A stretch of 64,000 bases of DNA from Bacilli bacterium (GTDB lineage Bacteria; Bacillota; Bacilli; Bacillales; Amphibacillaceae). Below the pieces are notes generated by a model that made no database searches, was not told the DNA's origin, and saw nothing but the letters and a program-made list of their open reading frames with translations. How positions within the stretch are numbered: the stretch's first letter is position 1; every line of letters begins with the position of its first letter. Both the position numbers and the translations under genes were made by a program. Positions 24,450-31,515 of the stretch are shown here, one piece after another. The stretch is taken from the NCBI GenBank assembly GCA_012838505.1, contig DUPD01000037.1, forward strand, positions 3,687 through 67,686, written 5' to 3'.

Positions 24450-24579
24450 TTTCATCAAATTTTCACAACAGTCAGCTATAGTTGGTATGTACATTGTAAA
24501 GGTAATTAATAATCGTTTGGAGGAGAGATTTTGTTGCTTCGATTATTTTCATGAAATTTTCACATAGGTTAAGTATAAT
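24450..24579 (+). promoter_or_regulatory. Two tandem promoters, each with a putative OmpR-family binding site
   Basis: TTTCATCAAATTTTCACA-N9-TATAGT (24450-24482) and TTTCATGAAATTTTCACA-N9-TATAAT (24547-24579). Confidence 0.65.
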
Positions 24580-24610
24580 TGTAGCCATAGAAAATATGGA
24601 GGAGCCTGTT

Positions 24611-25258
24611 ATGGTAATAGTAAGTCGAATGATATCAATTGGCATTATTACAAGTAGTTTGATAATTGGGTGCATTTCTTTCTTAATATTCAGCGATTTA
24701 AAAAAAGAAGAAAAAAAAGCACAAATCGAAACATTAACTTCGCAACTAATCAATTTCATAATTTATCTTTGGCTCGGAAAAATTCTCTTAAATATAACCT
24801 TATTTGTACGAGATCCACTTGCTGTTCTAGCCTATCCAGCAAATTCAGATGCATTTTACTTAGCGACACTATTTACAGTAATCACAGTTATTTATCAATC
24901 TTATCGAAAAAGGTTGAATATATTAGCATTTTCAGAAGGGATTATACATGTAATTTTAGTAGGACTATTTTTTTACGAATTTATTCAAATGATTTTTGAA
25001 GGTAATCCGTACTCATTTGGATACATTGTTTTAGTATTCTGTCTTCTTATTGTCTTCTTTTTTATTCGAGGATGGACAAATTCGTTTACATTGGTGATAA
25101 CGATCTTGATCGGATGGACGATAGGCTTGCTACTATTGAATCTACTATATCCTTTTGTTACGTTATTTGGCTATTTAATCGAGACATGGTTTATTATTGC
25201 CTTTTTTATTACTTGTTTATTAATCTTAATCATTAATGAGAGGAAGCGAATATCATAA
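24611..25258 (+). CDS. Multi-pass membrane protein (ccdA-associated hypothetical)
   Basis: About 7 TM segments, DPLAVLAYP motif; ATG 24611 after GGAGGAG; stop overlaps the ccdA start. Confidence 0.75.
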   Translation: MVIVSRMISIGIITSSLIIGCISFLIFSDLKKEEKKAQIETLTSQLINFIIYLWLGKILLNITLFVRDPLAVLAYPANSDAFYLATLFTVITVIYQSYRKRLNILAFSEGIIHVILVGLFFYEFIQMIFEGNPYSFGYIVLVFCLLIVFFFIRGWTNSFTLVITILIGWTIGLLLLNLLYPFVTLFGYLIETWFIIAFFITCLLILIINERKRIS

Positions 25259-26016
25259 TGGGAATTATAGAAGCTGATACGATGCTGTTGACGGGAATTA
25301 TTTTAGCGCTTGGTGCAGGGGCGCTCTCATTTTTGTCCCCATGTGTTTTACCGATTTTTCCTGCTTACATGTCGTACATTACTGGTATTAGCGTAAAAGA
25401 TCTTCTAGAAAACCAAAGTACAAAAATCCGTGGTAAATTACTAAGTCACTCACTTTTCTTTTTAATCGGTGTCTCTTTAGTATTTATTGGTCTAGGTGCT
25501 AGTGCTTCATTTTTAGGACAGTGGATTCAAAAATTATTGGTTGGTGACACAGGGTTGTTAATCCAAAGAATTGCAGGAATTTTTATTGTCTTTATGGGAC
25601 TATTTGTTGCTGGATGGATTACAGTCCCTGCATTAATGAAGGATAAACGACTACATCAGACAAAAAAACCAGTTGGATATGTTGGTACGTTCTTTGTAGG
25701 TTTGGGATTCGCTGCTGGTTGGACACCGTGTATTGGACCCATTTTTGGTTCGATTTTATTTTTAGCTGCTACAAATCCAGCCCAGGGGATTTTTTATACG
25801 ATTTTTTATGTGATTGGTTTTGCATTACCATTCATTATTTTGACCTTTTTCCTTGGATCGACAAAGTGGCTCGCTCGTCATACAGGTGTGATCATTAAGA
25901 TTGGTGGTTCACTTATGATTGCAATGGGGCTTGTCTTATTTTTTGGCTTAATGCCCCGTATTTCTGCTTTTTTATTAGAACTTATTCAAGATACTTGGTT
26001 GTCAAGACTAGGATAA
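25258..26016 (+). CDS. ccdA: CcdA/DsbD-beta family transmembrane thiol-disulfide reductase
   Basis: SFLSPCVLP and AGWTPCIGP redox cysteines. Confidence 0.93.
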   Translation: MGIIEADTMLLTGIILALGAGALSFLSPCVLPIFPAYMSYITGISVKDLLENQSTKIRGKLLSHSLFFLIGVSLVFIGLGASASFLGQWIQKLLVGDTGLLIQRIAGIFIVFMGLFVAGWITVPALMKDKRLHQTKKPVGYVGTFFVGLGFAAGWTPCIGPIFGSILFLAATNPAQGIFYTIFYVIGFALPFIILTFFLGSTKWLARHTGVIIKIGGSLMIAMGLVLFFGLMPRISAFLLELIQDTWLSRLG

Positions 26017-26034
26017 GATATAGGGGAGGGTACC

Positions 26035-26586
26035 ATGAAGAGAGTACTACCAATTATTTTAGTAATCGTTATGTTCGGCTGGGCAATAGTCGAATTTGTT
26101 AATTCAACACGAGACCAAGCTGAAGATGCTTTGTCATCAGATTCGGCGAGAGAAACTGAAGAAATTGGGTTGAAACGTGATTATATTGCTCCTGATTTTG
26201 AAATAATGACATTGGATGGTCAACAAGTACGTTTATCTGATTATCGAGGCGAGCGAATAATGCTCAATTTTTGGGCAACTTGGTGTCCACCTTGTCGCGC
26301 GGAAATGCCAGATATGGAGAGGTTCTACCAAGACACAGAAATTGAAGTTTTAGCTGTTAATTTGTTAGAAGCAGAAAGAACGATTGATGATGTCGATCAA
26401 TTTGTTGATGAATATGAGCTAACTTTTCCAATCTTATTAGATGAAATTATTGAAGTTGCGATGATCTACGAGATCCAACCAATTCCCACCACATTTATGA
26501 TTGACTCAGAAGGGACCATTCAATTTAAGTCAATCGGCCCGTTAACGTATGATCAAATGATCGAAGTGCTAGATAATATCAATTAA
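26035..26586 (+). CDS. Membrane-anchored TlpA/ResA-like thioredoxin
   Basis: N-terminal TM, APDF, NFWATWCPPCRAEMP, IPTTFMID. Confidence 0.93.
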   Translation: MKRVLPIILVIVMFGWAIVEFVNSTRDQAEDALSSDSARETEEIGLKRDYIAPDFEIMTLDGQQVRLSDYRGERIMLNFWATWCPPCRAEMPDMERFYQDTEIEVLAVNLLEAERTIDDVDQFVDEYELTFPILLDEIIEVAMIYEIQPIPTTFMIDSEGTIQFKSIGPLTYDQMIEVLDNIN

Positions 26587-26614
26587 TCACCTCTAATAGT
26601 ATAATGAAGTTGAG

Positions 26615-27307
26615 GTGAGTCTGTTGAAACAAACGCTATTAGTTGTCGAGGATGATCGGTTAACCCGTGAGCTGATTACAAAACATTTACGAAAGTCTGG
26701 ATATGATGTGATTGAGGCTGTAGATGGGGAAGAAGCGAAGACGGTCTTTTTGAATAACCATCCATGTATGATTGTACTTGACTTAATCCTCCCTAAACTG
26801 TCAGGTGAAGAGTTTTGTGCATGGGTGCGTGAACAGGAAAGAAATGAAGTGTCAATAATTATGGTGTCAGCTAAAGACCGTACAGAGGACAAAATTCGTG
26901 GCTTAAAGCTCGGAGCAGATGATTATTTAACTAAGCCCTTTCATCCAGAAGAATTGGTCGCACACGTTGAAGCTGTTTTAAGACGGACAGGTCAATATTG
27001 TCAAAAAATTGCCCATGATGGTTTATGTATTAAACCACGAAAAGGTGAAGTCGTTCTTTTTGATCGTGCGCTGCATCTCACAAAACATGAATTCAATCTG
27101 TTATATCACTTTATGGAAAACCCCAATATGATCATTTCCAGAGAGCGTTTACTCGATCAATTATATCCTTATGCCGATAAAATAGTATCCGATCGAACAA
27201 TAGATGCTCATATTAAAAAGTTACGCAAAAAGATAGAATGCGATTCAACGACACCAGAACGGATTATTACTGTGAGAGGCATGGGCTATAAATTTGTTAC
27301 GGAATAG
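26615..27307 (+). CDS. OmpR-family response regulator (orphan)
   Basis: VEDD, LDLILP, GADDYLTKPF, winged helix RTIDAHIKKLRKKI, TVRGMGYKF; no kinase follows. Confidence 0.93.
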   Translation: MSLLKQTLLVVEDDRLTRELITKHLRKSGYDVIEAVDGEEAKTVFLNNHPCMIVLDLILPKLSGEEFCAWVREQERNEVSIIMVSAKDRTEDKIRGLKLGADDYLTKPFHPEELVAHVEAVLRRTGQYCQKIAHDGLCIKPRKGEVVLFDRALHLTKHEFNLLYHFMENPNMIISRERLLDQLYPYADKIVSDRTIDAHIKKLRKKIECDSTTPERIITVRGMGYKFVTE

Positions 27308-27407
27308 ACTGAAAGACTCTTTTCCTAAAATATTCATGCCACATTTACACTTGTTGGCTTAATCATTTTAATATTTAACACTCAAAAAATAAATTATATT
27401 TTAACAT

Positions 27408-27455
27408 AAACAGGGTAATACAGTATGCTAGCCATACTTATTATGCTGTTTTTTT
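27408..27455 (+). terminator. Probable intrinsic terminator
   Basis: AAACAG-GTAATA-AGTATG / CATACT-TATTAT-CTGTTT followed by a T tract. Confidence 0.6.
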
Positions 27456-27489
27456 ATGTGTTTTTTAAAATAGTGAACAAAACACTTGC

Positions 27490-27556
27490 AAATCGTAATA
27501 GTTACGATTTATAATGTAGAAGTTCACTTAAATTTAAAACGTAATGATTACGATTT
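27490..27556 (+). promoter_or_regulatory. Two Zur boxes overlapping the znuA promoter
   Basis: AAATCGTAATAGTTACGATTT (27490-27510) and AAAACGTAATGATTACGATTT (27536-27556) vs Bacillus Zur consensus AAATCGTAATnATTACGATTT; TTGCAA-N18-TATAAT promoter. Confidence 0.92.
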
Positions 27557-27632
27557 AAAATTGGGGGTGCAAAATTTAGTAGCGCAATTAAATGAAATCG
27601 AAACAATTTTGTGAATAAATATTGAGAGGCGG

Positions 27633-28889
27633 TTGAAAGCGGTGAAAAGACAATTTTTTAAGTTTGTAAGTTTATTATTATTAAGTTTAACCTTAATAGC
27701 ATGTCAAGAAGCAGAAGTTAACCAAGGGGATAGTATAAAGGAAGGTGATAAGATTTCTGTTGTCACATCTTTTTTTCCAATCTATGAATTTACTAAACAA
27801 GTGGCGGGTGACCAGGCAGATGTCTCGATAATGGTTTCTGCTGGAGAAGATGCTCATCATTATGAACCAAGCGCTAAAGATGTAGCAAGTGTTAATGAAG
27901 CCGACGTGTTTGTATACAGTAGTGAATTAATGGAGCATTGGGTAAAAAGTTTATTAAGTACAATTGAGAATGACCATCTCGTTATCGCCCGGACGGCCGA
28001 TGGTCTTGAATTGGATCATCACGATCATGGAGAACATGACCATAACAGTGGGGATGATGATCATGATCATGGCAGTAATGAAGATGATCAATCTATTGAA
28101 ATTATTGGATTGGCTGGACACTATCATACAGGAGATGTTGTTTCCCTGTTTGCTGATCCTGGTGAAGAGATCAGTTATGATCACTGGCATTGGTATACAC
28201 GTGAAGAACAGGATGAAGAGTGGCAAGTTGTATCTGGTCAAGAAACCGATCACTTTGAGTATAAAACAACTGGTGAAAGCTTTGAAGTAAAAGTAGCACT
28301 TTTTGATGATAACCCTCAGGTTTATGCAGAATCAGAACCCGTATCTGTTTTAATTGATGATCATGAAAATCAAGATCCCCATATTTGGTTAGACCCATTA
28401 TTGGCACAAGAGCAAGTGAACATTATTCGTGATGCTCTAATTAAAGCCGATCCAGACGGAAAAGATATTTATGAAGAAAATGCAGATTCCTTTAATAAAG
28501 AACTTCAAGCATTGCACGAAGAATATCAGGAAGCTCTTGCGGAAACAGAGAACCGTGTCTTTGTTGTGCAACACGAAGCTTTTGGTCATTTGGCAGAGCG
28601 ATATGATTTAGAACAGGTTGCTATTGGTGGTATCTCTACAGAAGTGGAACCAAGTCCATCACGGATTGCGGAGATTGGTGACTTAGTCGAAGCATATAAT
28701 GTACCAGTTATTTATTTTCAACAAGGTGCCAATTCTGCAATTGCTGAAACGGTAGCAAATGAAACAGAAACAAAGACAGTCATTTTGTATGACTTAGAGG
28801 TATTATCTAAAGAGCTAGAAGATAATGACCTAGGATACATCGGAGCAATGCGTGAAAATCTGAAAAATTTACAGTTAAGCATTCATTAA
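27633..28889 (+). CDS. znuA: Zinc ABC transporter substrate-binding lipoprotein with His-rich loop and extra inserted domain
   Basis: Lipobox LIAC, DAHHYEP, DPHIWLDP, HEAFGHLA, EPSP; start TTG 27633 or GTG 27642. Confidence 0.93.
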   Translation: MKAVKRQFFKFVSLLLLSLTLIACQEAEVNQGDSIKEGDKISVVTSFFPIYEFTKQVAGDQADVSIMVSAGEDAHHYEPSAKDVASVNEADVFVYSSELMEHWVKSLLSTIENDHLVIARTADGLELDHHDHGEHDHNSGDDDHDHGSNEDDQSIEIIGLAGHYHTGDVVSLFADPGEEISYDHWHWYTREEQDEEWQVVSGQETDHFEYKTTGESFEVKVALFDDNPQVYAESEPVSVLIDDHENQDPHIWLDPLLAQEQVNIIRDALIKADPDGKDIYEENADSFNKELQALHEEYQEALAETENRVFVVQHEAFGHLAERYDLEQVAIGGISTEVEPSPSRIAEIGDLVEAYNVPVIYFQQGANSAIAETVANETETKTVILYDLEVLSKELEDNDLGYIGAMRENLKNLQLSIH

Positions 28890-28939
28890 AAAATTAATTT
28901 CGTTTTAAAATAAAGGATTAGAAAGGTTGATTGATTGTG

Positions 28940-29644
28940 CACTATATTGAAGTTGAAGATCTTTCCTTTCAATATGAAAATGAACCCGTATTAGAGAATA
29001 TTTCATTTAAGGTAGAGCCAGGTGATTTTGTTATGTTGACTGGAGAGAATGGAGCAGCAAAGACGACATTGTTGCGAAATATTTTAGGACTTCTCAAACC
29101 ATCGAAAGGAAATGTTCACCTCTCAGCTAAAAATTATTTAGGTGAGCAACTAGTCGTTGGCTATGTTTCACAACAGATCGCTTCCTTTAATGCAGGTTTT
29201 CCAAGCACTGTCCTAGAATTGGTGCAATCCGGTCGTTATCAAAGAGGTAAATGGTTTAAAAAGTTGGATAAACACGACAAAGAACAAATCCGTCGCTCCT
29301 TAGAGTCAGTAGGGATGTGGGACATGCGTTTTAAAAAGATTGGAGAATTGTCAGGTGGACAAAAACAGAGAATTTCTATTGCGCGTGTATTTGCAACTGA
29401 TCCTGATTTGTTCATACTAGATGAACCGACTACTGGAATGGATGTTAATTCTCGAAAGGAATTTTATCAGTTGCTGAGACACAATAGTATGGAACATAAC
29501 AAGGGAATTTTAATGGTAACACACGATCATGAAGAGATTCGCCATTACGCGAACAAGCATATTGAATTAGTTCGAAAGGAGGGATCGCCTTGGAGATGTT
29601 TTTCTATGGATTCATGCAAAGAGCTTTCCAAGCCTCATTCTTAA
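28940..29644 (+). CDS. znuC: Zinc ABC transporter ATP-binding protein
   Basis: GENGAAKTT, LSGGQKQR, ILDEPT, C-terminal SPWRCF; start codon uncertain (28931-28940). Confidence 0.9.
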   Translation, partial: HYIEVEDLSFQYENEPVLENISFKVEPGDFVMLTGENGAAKTTLLRNILGLLKPSKGNVHLSAKNYLGEQLVVGYVSQQIASFNAGFPSTVLELVQSGRYQRGKWFKKLDKHDKEQIRRSLESVGMWDMRFKKIGELSGGQKQRISIARVFATDPDLFILDEPTTGMDVNSRKEFYQLLRHNSMEHNKGILMVTHDHEEIRHYANKHIELVRKEGSPWRCFSMDSCKELSKPHS

Positions 29645-30396
29645 TTTCATTAATTGCGCCAATATTAGGTTTGTTTTTAATTTTACAGAGACAATCATTA
29701 ATGGCTGACACTTTATCGCATGTTTCATTAGCAGGTGTCGCTTTAGGAATGTTGATTGGTATCAATCCAACATGGACCAATATTTTGGTGGTGATCGTCG
29801 TTGCGGTTTTACTTGAAGTTTTGCGTCAAATTTATCATACTTATTCAGAAATATCGATCGCCATTTTAATGTCAGCTGGAATGGCTGTAGCACTTGTGTT
29901 AATGGGAATCAGTGATGGTGGCGCCACATTAAGTATGACGCAATTTTTATTTGGCTCGATTGTGACCATTAATGAACAGCAAATATGGATGTTGCTCTTC
30001 TTAATGATTATTATTGTTGCCCTTTATATCATTTTCAGAAAGCCGATGTATATCTTAACATTTGATGAAGATACAGCTTTTACCGCAGGTTTACCGATTC
30101 GAACAATGTCGATTTTGTTTAATATTTTAACAGGTATAACGATAGCAATCATTATGCCTATTGTTGGAGCCCTTCTAGTTTCAGCAATTATTATTTTACC
30201 TGCGGCGATCTCTTTAAGGTTAAGTAAAAGCTTTAATGGTGTCATTTTGATTGGAATTGTCATCGCGATCATTGGCATGCTAAGTGGTTTAGTCACTTCC
30301 TATGAATTAGGTACGCCACCAGGAGCTTCGATTACATTAACTTTAATGTTGATTTTTTCTATTACAACAGTTGTAAAGCGTGTATTTCGACTCTAA
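29590..30396 (+). CDS. znuB: Zinc ABC transporter permease
   Basis: FMQRAF, ADTLSHVSLAGVA, FLFGSI, GALLVS. Confidence 0.93.
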   Translation: MEMFFYGFMQRAFQASFLISLIAPILGLFLILQRQSLMADTLSHVSLAGVALGMLIGINPTWTNILVVIVVAVLLEVLRQIYHTYSEISIAILMSAGMAVALVLMGISDGGATLSMTQFLFGSIVTINEQQIWMLLFLMIIIVALYIIFRKPMYILTFDEDTAFTAGLPIRTMSILFNILTGITIAIIMPIVGALLVSAIIILPAAISLRLSKSFNGVILIGIVIAIIGMLSGLVTSYELGTPPGASITLTLMLIFSITTVVKRVFRL

Positions 30397-30405
30397 TCTT
30401 GATAT

Positions 30406-30451
30406 GAAAAATAGCGCTAGTGGTTTGTTATATTCACTAGCGCTATTTTTC
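30406..30451. terminator. Bidirectional terminator znuB/nrdF
   Basis: GAAAAATAGCGCTAGTG / CACTAGCGCTATTTTTC perfect inverted repeat. Confidence 0.9.
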
Positions 30452-30480
30452 GTTTTATAATGGGTTCATTTTAGCTGGCT

Positions 30481-31491
30481 TTAAAAATCATAGTCATCTT
30501 CATCCATTGCTTCTGACTCGCCCATGAGGTAGCTATTTCCGACTTGTGAAAAGAAGTCATGGTTAGAAGACTCTGTTGAGATGCCATTCATAACAATTGG
30601 GTTGACGTTTTCAGCCATACCGTCTTGATAAAAAGCATCAAAGCCTAAGTTTTGTAATGCCTTATTTGCGTTATATTTAACAAATGTTTTCACATCATTT
30701 ATCCAGCCCACTTGTGAATAGATTTCCTCTGTAAATTTGTCTTCATTCGCCATTAGATCGAATAGTAATTCATACATCCAATCCTTTAATTCATTCGCTT
30801 CTTTTTCAGGTAATTCATTAAAGCCAAGCTGGAACTTGTAACCTAAGTATGTTCCATGGACCGACTCATCACGAATAATTAGCTTGATGATTTCTGCGAC
30901 GTTTTCTAATTTATTGTTGCCTAAATACCAAAGTGGTGCATAAAAGCCACTGTAAAATAAAAACGATTCTAAAAAGACACTGGCAATTTTCTTCTGTAAA
31001 GCTGTTCCATTCTGATAGATCTCGTTAATGCGTTTGGCTTTGTACTGAATTGTTTCGTTATTATTTCCCCAATCAAAAATTTTATCTATTTCATTCGATG
31101 TATTTAATGAAATAAAAATTGTTGAATAAGATTTGGCATGGACAGATTCCATAAATAAGATATTGTTTAAGACGGCTTCTTCATGTTGTGTTCTAACATC
31201 ATTGCGCATTACATTCGCGCCTTCTTCTGATTGAAGCGTGTCTAATAACGTTAGACCGACGAATGCTTTGTTGACGACATCTCGTTCAACGGTAGTTAAT
31301 GTGCGCCAATCGTTACGGTCGTTGCTGACAGGGATACGTGTATCTAGCCAAAATTGGCTCGTTAACTTTTCCCAAGTTGCCTTATCAATACTATCCTCAA
31401 TCTGATTCCAGTCAATCGATTTAAAGTAGTTGACCGAATGATTTGTTTCTTCACCGTTAATGATTTCATTAAAATAGCGTTTATTCATCAT
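30481..31491 (-). CDS. nrdF: Class Ib ribonucleotide reductase beta subunit
   Basis: TLLDTLQ, ESVHAKSY, LESFLFYSGF, DESVHG, HDFFS; all dimetal ligands present. Confidence 0.97.
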   Translation of the reverse strand: MMNKRYFNEIINGEETNHSVNYFKSIDWNQIEDSIDKATWEKLTSQFWLDTRIPVSNDRNDWRTLTTVERDVVNKAFVGLTLLDTLQSEEGANVMRNDVRTQHEEAVLNNILFMESVHAKSYSTIFISLNTSNEIDKIFDWGNNNETIQYKAKRINEIYQNGTALQKKIASVFLESFLFYSGFYAPLWYLGNNKLENVAEIIKLIIRDESVHGTYLGYKFQLGFNELPEKEANELKDWMYELLFDLMANEDKFTEEIYSQVGWINDVKTFVKYNANKALQNLGFDAFYQDGMAENVNPIVMNGISTESSNHDFFSQVGNSYLMGESEAMDEDDYDF

Positions 31492-31515
31492 TAGTACCTT
31501 CCCATCTATAGCTTT

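Noticed and set aside
28010-28090. GATCAT-rich short repeats
   Set aside because: They encode the His/Asp loop of ZnuA; not a CRISPR array or DNA repeat element.
30481-31491. Metal-free class Ie NrdF
   Set aside because: All canonical carboxylate and His ligands are present, so it is ordinary class Ib.
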